From: Dermatophilaceae bacterium
GTDB taxonomy: Bacteria; Actinomycetota; Actinomycetes; Actinomycetales; Dermatophilaceae
Length of the DNA: 64,000 nucleotides
NCBI GenBank assembly: GCA_014377705.1
Contig: JACMPC010000087.1
Location: 4,932 to 68,931 of the forward strand
Direction of reading: 5' to 3'
Shown: positions 17,763-27,284 of the stretch, piece after piece
Layout: the number at the start of each line of letters is the position of its first letter
Numbering within the stretch: the first letter of the stretch is position 1
Program-made: the position numbers and the translations under genes
Notes under the pieces: generated by a model
What the model saw: the letters and a program-made list of their open reading frames with translations, nothing else
Database searches by the model: none
Told to the model about the DNA's origin: nothing

Positions 17763-18365
17763 ATGGGGACCATGAACGCATCGCAGGATGAGCAGCACGA
17801 CCAGGCCGACGACAGAGAACACCAGCGGGTCGTTGTGGTCTCCCCGGAGGGGATGGGGGTGGTCGAGAAGGGCGGCGGCGACGAAGACTCCCGCGACCCC
17901 GCAGACCTGGTCGAGCATCCGGGCAAGGTCATGCGGATTGCGTCCATGATCAAGCAGCTGCTCGAAGAGGTCCGAAGCGCCCCGTTGGACGACGCGGGTC
18001 GCACCCGCCTGGCCGAGATTCACCGGCGCTCCATCAGGGAGCTCGAGGACGGCCTGGCCCCGGAGCTGGTCGAGGAGCTTGAGCGAATCACTTTTCCGTT
18101 CGGCGGTGAGACACCCTCGGACGCTGAGCTGCGAATCGCCCAGGCTCAGCTCGTCGGCTGGCTGGAAGGGCTGTTCCACGGCATACAGGCGGCGCTGTTC
18201 GCCCAGCAGATGGCGGCCCAGCAGCAGCTCCAGAATATGCGCCGGGCACTCCCTCAGGGAGATATCGGCCAGCAGGACAGCTCCGGCCAGGCTCCCGGGC
18301 CTGTTCGGGGTATGTCGAGCTACCAGGACCCGCGTGAGGGCGGATCGACGGGACAGTACCTCTGA
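17763..18365 (+). CDS. bpa: Bacterial proteasome activator (Bpa/PafE)
   Basis: Close resemblance to Bpa (VMRIASMIKQLLEEVRSAPLD, SDAELRIAQAQLVGWLEGLFHGIQAALFAQQMAA). It carries the diagnostic C-terminal GQYL proteasome-docking motif. Confidence 0.8.
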   Translation: MGTMNASQDEQHDQADDREHQRVVVVSPEGMGVVEKGGGDEDSRDPADLVEHPGKVMRIASMIKQLLEEVRSAPLDDAGRTRLAEIHRRSIRELEDGLAPELVEELERITFPFGGETPSDAELRIAQAQLVGWLEGLFHGIQAALFAQQMAAQQQLQNMRRALPQGDIGQQDSSGQAPGPVRGMSSYQDPREGGSTGQYL

Positions 18366-18384
18366 GATCCCAGCGCGACCCGCC

Positions 18385-18786
18385 TCAGGGCGATGCGCGG
18401 TGAAAGCGCATCTCGAACCACACGGTCGACCCGTCGACCCCACGCGCGTGACCCATCGCATCGGAGATTGCGGCCACGAGGGCAAGTCCCCTGCCCCGCT
18501 CAGCGGAGTGGTCCTCGCGCCCGATACAGGGTGCGCTCCAGGTGCCGGTGTCCACAACGGTGATCAGGAGCCGGTCGGCCAGCTCCATGGTCAGCCTCGC
18601 CGGGGTTCCAGCGTGCTGGATCACGTTGGTCACCAGCTCTGAGGCGCACATGACAGCGTTGGCGACGATCGCCTCGTCCAGGCCCCACGACTCCAGCTGG
18701 GCTCGGACCCACCGCCGCGCCCCGGCAACGGCGATCGTGTGCGCAGGAACCAGGACCGACGCCTCCTGATGGGTCCGGCTAGTCAT
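18385..18786 (-). CDS. RsbW-like anti-sigma regulatory factor (HATPase-type Ser/Thr kinase)
   Basis: ARRWVRAQLESWGL...ASELVTNVIQH...VVDTG...GRGLALVAAISD is typical of anti-sigma-factor kinases. The start is uncertain: ATG 18786 gives an 8-nt overlap with the upstream gene, and the track start is 18831. Confidence 0.65.
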   Translation of the reverse strand: MTSRTHQEASVLVPAHTIAVAGARRWVRAQLESWGLDEAIVANAVMCASELVTNVIQHAGTPARLTMELADRLLITVVDTGTWSAPCIGREDHSAERGRGLALVAAISDAMGHARGVDGSTVWFEMRFHRASP

Positions 18787-19258
18787 GGACCACGACCAGC
18801 AGGGCGCATTCCTGGCCCGCGCCCTGGTCACCGACCAAGCTGCCGGCCACGTGCTGGGAGATCCCTCGCGCGGCCGAGAGGGGCATCGTGGTCAGCGCCT
18901 CCAGGGGCGCAGCCCGGCCCCGAACCGCAGCCTGGGCATGGCGCTGGAGCAGCCCACCGATGACCGCGAGCGGAGCGTCGCCCTCCTGCATCGGCATCTG
19001 GATGACCGGGCGATTCCCCGGGATGCCGAGCGGGAGCCCGGGCTCGACCTCGGCGTACCCAGCCGGGCCCGCACCGCGGCAGTAGGCCATCGGGGCGCTG
19101 GTCTCCAGCAGAGTGCGGACAACGTCGACTACGGGGTCCCACTGGTCCCGCGGACCAAGGTCGACCCCTGAACAGTCGTATTCGGCCGCGATCGGCGCAC
19201 ATTCCGCCGCGAGCGGTTCGTCGGCCCCGGGAGCACATTCTTGCGACATTCCGGCCAC
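18779..19258 (-). CDS. Hypothetical Cys-containing protein upstream of the RsbW-like kinase
   Basis: 159-aa ORF with coding-like composition and no recognisable domain. Cysteines sit at positions 8, 20, 29 and 60. It overlaps the downstream kinase gene. Confidence 0.4.
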   Translation of the reverse strand: MAGMSQECAPGADEPLAAECAPIAAEYDCSGVDLGPRDQWDPVVDVVRTLLETSAPMAYCRGAGPAGYAEVEPGLPLGIPGNRPVIQMPMQEGDAPLAVIGGLLQRHAQAAVRGRAAPLEALTTMPLSAARGISQHVAGSLVGDQGAGQECALLVVVHD

Positions 19259-19330
19259 AACCCTATTTTAGGCGCCTCATCCTCCCGACAGGGCCGTAGC
19301 CCTCCCCTTTCTTAACCCCGCAAGAGCCCC

Positions 19331-19531
19331 CGCAAACCTGGGGATGGTGCGTGGGCCGAGGGTGCAAAACAAGGGATCGTGCCATGGTTCCGACCACGAG
19401 CTTAGGGATCGTGCCGCGGTGTTGAACGCAAGCTCAGGGATGGCGCTCAACACGGTCCCTAGGTTTGCGGGTGTTGGGGGCGCACGGTCCCTAGGTTTGC
19501 GGGTGTTGGGGGCGCACGGTCCCTAGGTTTG
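19331..19531. repeat. Dispersed repeat family, locus C: about 4 degenerate reverse copies then 3 forward copies with exact 32-bp period
   Basis: Forward units cgcacggtccctaggtttgcgggtgttggggg have the cacgg core at 19451, 19483 and 19515. Degenerate reverse copies lie near 19331, 19365, 19400 and 19432. The array ends at the qor stop (19532-19534). Confidence 0.9.
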
Positions 19532-20512
19532 TCAGGTGGTCAGCAGGAGGACTTTGCCTATGTTGGCGCCGGACTCCAGCTCTCGGTGGGCGTCGGAGGC
19601 CTGAGCAAGGGGGAAGGTGCGGTGCACTACCGGTTTCACCTGCCCGGAGGCGATCAACGGCCAGACGTGCTCGCGCACGGCCGCCACGATGACCGACTTC
19701 TCGATCGCCGACCGGCTTCGCAGCGAGGTCGCGATCACCGCGGCGCTCTTGCGCAGCAGCATGTTGATGTCGAGCTCGGCCTTGACACCGCCCTGCAGCC
19801 CGATGACGACCAGTCGTCCGTTGACCGCCAGGGCATCGACGTTGCGGGAGAGATACTTCGCCCCGATGTTGTCCAGGATCACGTCGGCTCCGGCTCCGTG
19901 TGTCGAGCTCGCCAGAGCCTGCACGAAGTCCTGCTCTCGGTAGTTGATCAGGACCTCGGCCCCGAGATCGCGACAGGCCGCGAGCTTCTCGGCCGTTCCG
20001 GCAGTCACCGCGATGCGTGCGCCGACGGCACGGCCCAGCTGGATGGCCATCGTCCCGATCCCGCTGGCGCCGCCGTGGATCAGCAGGGTCTGACCCGGCT
20101 GCAGGTTGGCCGTCATGAAGACGTTGGACCACACGGTGCTGACGACCTCGGGCAGCGCGGCGGCATCGACCAGGGAGACCCCGTCCGGCACCGGCAGAAG
20201 CTGGCTGGCCGGCACGGCCACCTGCTCGGCATACCCGCCGCCGGACAGCAGCGCGCACACCTGATCGCCCACGGACCATCCGGTCACGTCGTCGCCCAGG
20301 TCGCTGATCGTGCCGCTGACCTCAAGTCCGGGGTATGTCGAGCAGCCGGGTGGCGGGGGGTAGAACCCCTGACGCTGCATCAGGTCAGCACGGTTCACCC
20401 CGGCGGCGGCCACCTGTACGAGCACCTCGTCAGCAGCCATGTTGGGCGTGGGCACGTCGTCCAGAACGAGTGCGTCGGCGTCTCCGGGCAGGGGAATAGT
20501 GATGGCTCTCAT
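19532..20512 (-). CDS. qor: NADPH:quinone oxidoreductase (zeta-crystallin/MDR family)
   Basis: MRAITIPLPGDADALVLDDVPTP, NRADLMQRQGFYPPPPG, LIHGGASGIGTMAIQL and a C-terminal GKVLL motif. Confidence 0.85.
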   Translation of the reverse strand: MRAITIPLPGDADALVLDDVPTPNMAADEVLVQVAAAGVNRADLMQRQGFYPPPPGCSTYPGLEVSGTISDLGDDVTGWSVGDQVCALLSGGGYAEQVAVPASQLLPVPDGVSLVDAAALPEVVSTVWSNVFMTANLQPGQTLLIHGGASGIGTMAIQLGRAVGARIAVTAGTAEKLAACRDLGAEVLINYREQDFVQALASSTHGAGADVILDNIGAKYLSRNVDALAVNGRLVVIGLQGGVKAELDINMLLRKSAAVIATSLRSRSAIEKSVIVAAVREHVWPLIASGQVKPVVHRTFPLAQASDAHRELESGANIGKVLLLTT

Positions 20513-20526
20513 CCCCCGACGATATG

Positions 20527-21288
20527 TCAGGTGCGGCCCCTCACTCGACGCGTCAGGTCCGTGGCGGTCCGGATGACCTGATCGACGATGGCTTGTCGCT
20601 GGCCGGCTGCCACCTCTGCAGCGGGGTAGGTGACAGCGATTCCGGCGACCGGATGCCCGGTGTGGTCCAGGACCGGCGCGGCCACGGAGGCGAAGTCGGG
20701 CGTCACCGTGCCGTCCTCCAGCGCGAAGCCGTCCCGGCGGACCCTGGACAGCGCAGCCCGCAGCGCAGGCAGAGTTCTCGGACCTACGCCATGACGCTGG
20801 ACGAAGGCGTCGCGTGAGGGGAAGAGGGCCCGAACCTGCTGTGGCGGAAGCGAGCCCAGCATCGCCAGGCCGCTTGCGGTGAGCTGCGAGGGAAGGCGCA
20901 CGCCCACGTCGGTGACCAGTGGCGGCCGCCCGGGTGCCCGTTCCTCGATGACGTAGAGGACGTCGCGACCGTGCAGCACGGCGAGGTGGGCGTTGTGCCG
21001 GGTGACGTCCACCAGATGGACCAGCAGCTGACGGGCGAGGCGCTGCAACGGCGCCTGCCGGCTGTAGGCAGATCCCAGCTCGAACGCCGCGACGCCGAGG
21101 CCGTAACGCCGTTCGTCCGCCAGATGCACCACGAAACCCTGGTCGGCCAGGACTGTGAGCAGGTGATAAACGGTGGACCGGGGCAGGTCGAGGTCGCGGG
21201 CGATGGCGGACGCCGGGACGGGCTCGGTATGCCGTGCCAGCAGTCGCAGGACCGCCAGCGCCTGGCTCGCGGCGGGGGCGTTGGCCAT
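20527..21288 (-). CDS. IclR-family transcriptional regulator, divergent from hutH
   Basis: N-terminal wHTH (ALAVLRLLARHTEPVPASAIARDLDLPRSTVYHLLTVL) and a C-terminal IclR effector domain (FALEDGTVTPDFASVAAPV). Confidence 0.85.
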   Translation of the reverse strand: MANAPAASQALAVLRLLARHTEPVPASAIARDLDLPRSTVYHLLTVLADQGFVVHLADERRYGLGVAAFELGSAYSRQAPLQRLARQLLVHLVDVTRHNAHLAVLHGRDVLYVIEERAPGRPPLVTDVGVRLPSQLTASGLAMLGSLPPQQVRALFPSRDAFVQRHGVGPRTLPALRAALSRVRRDGFALEDGTVTPDFASVAAPVLDHTGHPVAGIAVTYPAAEVAAGQRQAIVDQVIRTATDLTRRVRGRT

Positions 21289-21367
21289 GGATCTAGTATC
21301 TCAGATCCGAGACACTAACCACAGGTGGGGGATGGTTGACCGGTCGCCGGTGCGTTCCAATGAACTT

Positions 21368-22963
21368 ATGACATCAGCCCACCCCACCACCAGCCAGCTG
21401 GCCTGCGATGCCGACAGGATCAAGGCCGGACCGATCACTGTCGGCATCGGCCCGCTGTCCTTCGATGACGTGGTGGCTGTTGCCCGCCACGATGCGCGCA
21501 TCGAGATCACCCCCGGCGCGCTCGGGGAGATTCGTGCGAGCCGGAGCATCATCGAGGCGCTGGCGGATGACGTCGAGCCGCACTACGGGGTCTCGACCGG
21601 CTTCGGCGCGCTGGCGACGAAACACATCGCTGCGGACATGCGCGCGCAGCTGCAGCGCAGCCTGGTTCGCAGCCACGCAGCCGGTTCTGGTCCCGAGGTC
21701 GAGCGCGAGGTCATCCGCGCCCTCATGCTGTTGCGACTGTCGACGCTGAGCACCGGTCGCACCGGTGTGCGTGAGGAGACAGCGGCGGCGTACGCGGCAA
21801 TGCTGAACGCCGGGATCACCCCCGTGGTCCACGAGTACGGCAGCCTCGGCTGCTCGGGTGACCTCGCGCCGCTGGCCCACTGTGCCCTGGCTGCGATGGG
21901 TGAGGGACCCGTCCGCGACTCCACCGGCGAGCTGCTCTCTGCCGCCGACGCGCTGAGGGCGGCGGGGATCACCCCGGTCGCGTTGCGCGAGAAGGAGGGC
22001 CTCGCCCTGATCAACGGCACCGACGGCATGCTCGGCATGCTCGTTCTGGCCATCACCGACCTGCGCAACCTGCTCAAGATCGCCGACCTCACCGCGGCGA
22101 TGAGCGTTGAGGGGCTGCTCGGCACCGACGCCGTATTCGCGGCCGACCTCCAGGCCCTGCGTCCGCACCCCGGCCAGGCCTCGGCGGCCGGCAACATCTG
22201 CGCGATCCTGGCCGGAAGCCCGATCCGGGCCAGCCATGACAACGAGGGCTGCACGCGGGTCCAGGACGCGTACTCGCTGCGCTGCGCGCCGCAGGTGGCC
22301 GGCGCCGCCCGAGACACCGTCGAGCACGCGGCAGTGGTTGCCGGCCGCGAGCTGGCCGCCGCGGTGGACAACCCCGTGATCACCCTTGACGGCCGGGTGG
22401 AGTCCAACGGCAACTTCCACGGCGCCCCGGTGGCCTACGTGCTGGACTTTCTGGCCATCGTCGCCGCAGACGTGGCGAGCATGTCCGAGCGCCGGACGGA
22501 CCGTTTCCTGGACGTGGCTCGCAACCACGGCCTCAACGCGTTCCTGGCCGACGATCCCGGTGTCGACTCCGGGCACATGATCGCGCAGTACACCTCGGCG
22601 GGGATCGTCTCAGAGATGAAGCGGCTCGCCGTCCCGGCTAGCGTCGACTCGATCCCCAGCTCGGCGATGCAGGAGGACCATGTGTCGATGGGCTGGGCGG
22701 GAGCGCGCAAGCTGCGCAGGTCCGTCGACGGCCTGACCCGGGTGCTGGCGGTCGAGCTGCTGACGGCGGCACGCGGAATACAGCTCCGGGCCCCGCTGGA
22801 GCCGTCGGCCGCCACCGGCGCGGTGATCAAGGCGCTGCGCGAGGTCACGCAGGGGCCGGGCGTTGACCGGTTCATGGCCCCCGAGATCGAGGCGACGGTC
22901 CAGTTCGTCGCCACCGGGGAGGCCCTGCGCGCTGTCGAGTCCGTCACCGGACCACTGAGCTGA
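21368..22963 (+). CDS. hutH: Histidine ammonia-lyase
   Basis: Contains the MIO-forming GSLGCSGDLAPLAH motif plus NGTDGMLG and QDAYSLRC. The track ORF is trimmed to ATG 21368, because the upstream part overlaps the iclR gene and is non-homologous. Confidence 0.95.
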   Translation: MTSAHPTTSQLACDADRIKAGPITVGIGPLSFDDVVAVARHDARIEITPGALGEIRASRSIIEALADDVEPHYGVSTGFGALATKHIAADMRAQLQRSLVRSHAAGSGPEVEREVIRALMLLRLSTLSTGRTGVREETAAAYAAMLNAGITPVVHEYGSLGCSGDLAPLAHCALAAMGEGPVRDSTGELLSAADALRAAGITPVALREKEGLALINGTDGMLGMLVLAITDLRNLLKIADLTAAMSVEGLLGTDAVFAADLQALRPHPGQASAAGNICAILAGSPIRASHDNEGCTRVQDAYSLRCAPQVAGAARDTVEHAAVVAGRELAAAVDNPVITLDGRVESNGNFHGAPVAYVLDFLAIVAADVASMSERRTDRFLDVARNHGLNAFLADDPGVDSGHMIAQYTSAGIVSEMKRLAVPASVDSIPSSAMQEDHVSMGWAGARKLRRSVDGLTRVLAVELLTAARGIQLRAPLEPSAATGAVIKALREVTQGPGVDRFMAPEIEATVQFVATGEALRAVESVTGPLS

Positions 22964-23025
22964 ACGCAAACCACGAGCTGAACGTGAACCACGAGCTGAC
23001 AACCGAACCACCGAGCTGACAACCC
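22951..23025 (+). repeat. About 18-19-bp tandem repeat (x4) that begins at the hutH stop codon
   Basis: Copies of accac(t/g/c)gagctga start at 22951, 22970, 22988 and 23007. Each carries a TGA (22961, 22979, 22997, 23017), and the first is the hutH stop. Confidence 0.8.
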
Positions 23026-23094
23026 AGGATCAACCAGATCTGACATCGAACCAGTCTTCTCTCAGCAGTACGTTCTCTAGCAAGGAGATTTGTC

Positions 23095-24750
23095 ATGGAA
23101 GGCGCCCGCCCAGTCCGCGCACCCCGAGGCACGACCCTGACCGCCAGGTCGTGGACCACCGAGGCCCCCTTGCGGATGCTGATGAACAACCTCGACCCCG
23201 AGAACGCCGAGCGCCCCGACGACCTCGTCGTCTACGGCGGCACCGGCAAGGCGGCCCGCGACTGGAAGTCGTTCGACGCGATGGTCCGCACCCTGACCAC
23301 GCTGGAGAAGGACGAGACCATGCTGGTCCAGTCCGGCCGGCCGGTCGGCGTGATGCGCACCCACGAGTGGGCGCCGCGGGTGATCATCGCCAACAGCAAC
23401 CTCGTGGGTGACTGGGCGAACTGGCCCGAGTTCCGCAGGCTCGAGCACCTGGGCCTGACCATGTATGGCCAGATGACGGCCGGGTCGTGGATCTACATCG
23501 GAACCCAGGGCATCCTTCAGGGCACCCATGAGACCTTCGCCGCAGTGGCCGACAAACGCTTCGGCGGCACCCTGGCAGGCACGCTGACCCTGACCGGTGG
23601 TGCCGGGGGGATGGGTGGCGCCCAGCCGCTGGCAGTGACCATGAACGACGGTGTCTGCCTGCTCGTGGACGTCGACGGGACGCATCTGCAGCGGCAGGTG
23701 GACCACCGCTACCTCGACGTGATCGCCTCGGACCTCGACGATGCCGTGGCCCGGTGCCTGGCCGCCAAGCGCGACCGCCGGGCGCTCTCCGTGGGCCTGG
23801 TTGGCAACTGCGCCACCGTCGTCCCCGAGCTGCTGCGCCGCGGGGTCGAGATCGACATCGTCACCGACCAGACCAGCGCGCACGACCCGCTGTCCTACCT
23901 GCCCGAAGGCGTCGAGGTGGCCGGCTGGCACGACTACGCCGAGGCCAAGCCCGAGGAGTTCACCGACCGGGCCCGCACGTCGATGGCCAGGCACGTGAAG
24001 GCCATGGTCGAGTTCCAGGAGGGTGGGGCGGAGGTGTTCGACTACGGCAACTCGATCCGCACCGAGGCCCAGCTGGGCGGCTATGAAAGGGCTTTCGAGT
24101 TCCCGGGGTTCGTGCCGGCATACATCCGTCCGCTGTTCTGCGCGGGCAAGGGCCCGTTCCGCTGGGCCGCGCTCTCGGGCAACCCGCAGGACATCTACAA
24201 GACGGACCAGGCGCTCCTGGACCTGTTCCCGGACAACGACCGGCTGCAGAAGTGGATCCGCGGGGCGCGCGAGAAGATCGCCTTCCAGGGCCTGCCTGCC
24301 CGTATCTGCTGGCTAGGCTACGGCGAACGTGACAAGGCCGGCCTGAAGTTTAACGAGATGGTCGCCTCGGGCGAGCTGGAGGCGCCGATCGTGATCGGTC
24401 GCGACCACCTCGACGCCGGGTCCGTGGCCTCGCCGTACCGCGAGACCGAGTCCATGGCTGACGGCTCGGACGCCATCGCCGACTGGCCGTTGCTGAACGC
24501 CCTGATCAACACCGCCTCCGGCGCGACGTGGGTCTCGATCCACCACGGCGGCGGCGTCGGCATCGGCCGCTCGATTCACGCTGGTCAGGTGTCTGTGGCC
24601 GACGGCACCGCGCTGGCCGCCGAGAAGCTGGCCCGTGTGCTGACCAACGACCCGGGGATGGGAGTGATTCGTCATGTGGATGCGGGCTACGACATTGCCG
24701 ATCGGGTCGCGACCGAACGTGGCGTCAGGGTCCCGATGCGGGAAGCTTGA
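23095..24750 (+). CDS. hutU: Urocanate hydratase
   Basis: 551 aa with typical urocanase sequence ([36 protein letters not shown]). An AAGGAG RBS lies upstream. Confidence 0.95.
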   Translation: MEGARPVRAPRGTTLTARSWTTEAPLRMLMNNLDPENAERPDDLVVYGGTGKAARDWKSFDAMVRTLTTLEKDETMLVQSGRPVGVMRTHEWAPRVIIANSNLVGDWANWPEFRRLEHLGLTMYGQMTAGSWIYIGTQGILQGTHETFAAVADKRFGGTLAGTLTLTGGAGGMGGAQPLAVTMNDGVCLLVDVDGTHLQRQVDHRYLDVIASDLDDAVARCLAAKRDRRALSVGLVGNCATVVPELLRRGVEIDIVTDQTSAHDPLSYLPEGVEVAGWHDYAEAKPEEFTDRARTSMARHVKAMVEFQEGGAEVFDYGNSIRTEAQLGGYERAFEFPGFVPAYIRPLFCAGKGPFRWAALSGNPQDIYKTDQALLDLFPDNDRLQKWIRGAREKIAFQGLPARICWLGYGERDKAGLKFNEMVASGELEAPIVIGRDHLDAGSVASPYRETESMADGSDAIADWPLLNALINTASGATWVSIHHGGGVGIGRSIHAGQVSVADGTALAAEKLARVLTNDPGMGVIRHVDAGYDIADRVATERGVRVPMREA

Positions 24751-24753
24751 GAG

Positions 24754-25944
24754 ATGACCTTCGACAGCATGTGGTCGTCGATCGAGCCCATCGGTCGCGA
24801 GGCGAGCACCGGCGGCTACCGGCGCTATGCCTGGACCGGGGCCGACGCGACCCTGCGTGAGTGGTTCGCCGCCGAAGCGGCCGCCCGGGGGCTGGGCCTG
24901 GTGACCGACCGCGCCGGCAACCAGTGGGCCTGGTGGGGTGATCCTGATGCCGCGGTCGCCGTCGGCCGTCCCGGCGTGGTGATCGGCTCGCACCTGGACT
25001 CGGTTCCTGACGGCGGGGCTTTCGACGGTCCGCTGGGAGTCGTGTCGGCGCTGGCTGTCGTCGATGTCCTTAAGGCCAGGGGTCTTGAGCCCTCGCGTCC
25101 TGTCGCCGTCGTGAACTTCGTCGACGAGGAGGGTGCTCGGTTCGGCATCGCCTGTGCCGGGTCCCGGATGATCACCGGCAAGCTCGAAGCCGGCAAGGCT
25201 CTCGGCCTGCGAGACGTGGACGGGGTGACGATGGCCGAGGCGATGGCTGCTGCAGGCCACGCGGTGGAGCACGTCGGTCCGGACATCGAGACGCTGCGCC
25301 GGATCGGCACGTTCGTTGAGCTGCACGTGGAACAGGGACGAGCCCTGATCGACCTTGGCCGCCCGGTGGCCGTCGGCTCGGTGATCCGGCCGCACGGGCG
25401 CTGGCGTGTCGACCTGGCCGGTGAGGCCAACCATGCAGGAACCACCCTGCTGGAGGACCGCCACGATCCGATGCTGGATCTGGCCACGACGGTGCTGGCC
25501 GCCCGCGAGGCCGCCGCCGGGCACGGGTGCGTAGCCACTGTGGGCAAGGTGCGGTTGGAACCCAACGGTGTCAACGCGATTCCGTCACGGGTCACCGCCT
25601 GGCTAGACGCCCGGGGACCCGGCGAGACGGCGGTGCGGGCCGTTGTCGCGGCAGCGGTGAGGCAGTCGGGCGCTGTTGCTGTCGAGGAGTCCTGGACCCC
25701 CGAGACGGTCTTCGACATTCCCCTGGCGCAACGGCTCTCGACCTTGCTCGACGACGCGCCGATGCTGGCCACCGGAGCCGGTCACGACGCGGGGGTCCTC
25801 GCCATGGCAGGCCTCTCGACCGCCATGCTGTTCGTCCGCAACCCCACTGGCATCTCACACTCCCCGGCCGAGTTCGCCGAGCGCGAGGGCTGTCACCGCG
25901 GGGTCGAGGCACTGGCCGCGGTGACCGAGGATCTGGCCCGATGA
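24754..25944 (+). CDS. M20 amidohydrolase of the allantoate amidohydrolase / N-carbamoyl-L-amino-acid hydrolase type (probable N-formylglutamate-releasing step of the hut pathway)
   Basis: GSHLDSVPDGGAFDGPLGV, FVDEEGARFG and RPHGRWRVDLAGEANHAGTT are present. The gene is embedded between hutU and hutF with a 3-nt gap and an ATGA overlap. Confidence 0.8.
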   Translation: MTFDSMWSSIEPIGREASTGGYRRYAWTGADATLREWFAAEAAARGLGLVTDRAGNQWAWWGDPDAAVAVGRPGVVIGSHLDSVPDGGAFDGPLGVVSALAVVDVLKARGLEPSRPVAVVNFVDEEGARFGIACAGSRMITGKLEAGKALGLRDVDGVTMAEAMAAAGHAVEHVGPDIETLRRIGTFVELHVEQGRALIDLGRPVAVGSVIRPHGRWRVDLAGEANHAGTTLLEDRHDPMLDLATTVLAAREAAAGHGCVATVGKVRLEPNGVNAIPSRVTAWLDARGPGETAVRAVVAAAVRQSGAVAVEESWTPETVFDIPLAQRLSTLLDDAPMLATGAGHDAGVLAMAGLSTAMLFVRNPTGISHSPAEFAEREGCHRGVEALAAVTEDLAR

Positions 25945-27284
25945 GCCCGGTGGATGTCACGTCAGAGGCCCGGCGATGGTGGGCGGCCTACGCGCTGCTT
26001 CGGACTGGCCTGGCGCGTGACGTGACCTTCGAGGTCACCGGGGGCCGGTTCACCGCGGTAACGGCGAACACCGTGCCCGGTGATGCGCAGAGACTGCCCG
26101 GGGTGGTGCTGCCCGGGCTGGCGAACGCGCACAGCCACGCCTTTCATCGTGCGCTGCGCGGGCGGACCCATGACGGCGGTGGCACCTTCTGGACCTGGCG
26201 TGAGCGGATGTATGCCGTTGCCGCACAGCTGGATCCGGACTCCTACCTCGCACTGGCCACCGCCACGTACGCCGAGATGGCGCTTGCCGGAGTCACCGCC
26301 GTCGGCGAGTTCCACTACCTGCACCACGCTCCCGGAGGGATGCCGTACGACGACCCCAACGCCATGGGTGAGGCCCTGCGACAGGCCGCGTCGGATGCCG
26401 GGATCCGGCTGACCCTGCTCGACACCTGCTACCTCGCCGGGGGGTTGAGTCCCGCCGGGCACGAGGCGCTGGACGACGTGCAGCGGCGATTTGGCGATGG
26501 CCATGCCGACCGGTGGGCGCGTCGCGTTGCGGACCTCAACGAGTCCGCCGGGATGCGGGTGGGGGTTGCGGTTCACTCGGTGAGGGCAGTACCTCGCGAT
26601 CAGCTCGGCGTCGTCGCGGAAGCCTCGGCCGGCCGGCCGCTGCACGTCCACCTCTCCGAGCAGCCGGCCGAGAACCAGTCGTGTGAGGGGTTCTACGGCC
26701 TGACTCCCACCGCCTTGCTCGACGGTGAAGGGCTGCTGGGCCGCGCGACCACCGCCATTCATGCGACGCACCTGAGCGAGGCGGACATCGCCATGCTGGG
26801 CGACACCCACACGACGGCCTGCCTCTGCCCCACCACGGAGCGGGATCTGGCCGATGGCATCGGCCCTGCCCGCAGGTTGTCCCATGCGGGCTCGCCGCTG
26901 TCCCTCGGCTCCGACCAGCACGCCGTCATCGACCTGTTGGAGGAGGCGCGGGCCCTGGAGATGCATGAGCGGCTGGGGTCGTTGCGGCGCGGACGTTTCA
27001 GCCAGGACGAGCTGCTGTCGGCCGCCACCCGGCATGAGTGCCTGGGCTGGCTCGATGCCGGCAGGCTCGAGGCCGGGTCGCGCGCCGATCTGGTGGCCGT
27101 TCGACTCGACACTCCCAGGACGGCCGGGAGCGCGCCGGGTCAGATCGTGTTGTCGGCAACGGCGGCCGACGTTGACACAGTGATCGTGGATGGCAAAGCG
27201 GTGGTGGTCGGCGGCCAGCACCAGCTGGGCGATGTTGGTGGGTTGCTGCAAGAGGCGATTCAGCCACTCTGGGAGAACTCATGA
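25941..27284 (+). CDS. hutF: Formimidoylglutamate deiminase
   Basis: Amidohydrolase-superfamily motifs are present ([41 protein letters not shown]). The start is ATG 25941, overlapping the upstream stop as ATGA. The longer track ORF is an Arg-rich out-of-context extension. Confidence 0.85.
   Translation: MSPVDVTSEARRWWAAYALLRTGLARDVTFEVTGGRFTAVTANTVPGDAQRLPGVVLPGLANAHSHAFHRALRGRTHDGGGTFWTWRERMYAVAAQLDPDSYLALATATYAEMALAGVTAVGEFHYLHHAPGGMPYDDPNAMGEALRQAASDAGIRLTLLDTCYLAGGLSPAGHEALDDVQRRFGDGHADRWARRVADLNESAGMRVGVAVHSVRAVPRDQLGVVAEASAGRPLHVHLSEQPAENQSCEGFYGLTPTALLDGEGLLGRATTAIHATHLSEADIAMLGDTHTTACLCPTTERDLADGIGPARRLSHAGSPLSLGSDQHAVIDLLEEARALEMHERLGSLRRGRFSQDELLSAATRHECLGWLDAGRLEAGSRADLVAVRLDTPRTAGSAPGQIVLSATAADVDTVIVDGKAVVVGGQHQLGDVGGLLQEAIQPLWENS

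Noticed and set aside
17355-18557. The 400-aa minus-strand ORF spanning the desaturase 3' end, bpa and the kinase 3' end. The same applies to 19529..20581 +, 21374..22576 -, 23077..23994 -, 24313..25524 -, 25962..27251 -, 27260..28171 -.
   Set aside because: Same reasoning. They overlap strongly supported genes on the other strand, cross gene boundaries, and show no domain-like sequence.
21289-21308. GGATCT-N8-AGATCC inverted repeat at the iclR start / hutH promoter, as a Hut operator
   Set aside because: The arms are only 6 bp, which is easily found by chance in an 80-bp spacer. There is no second copy in front of hutU. It is too weak to report as a feature.
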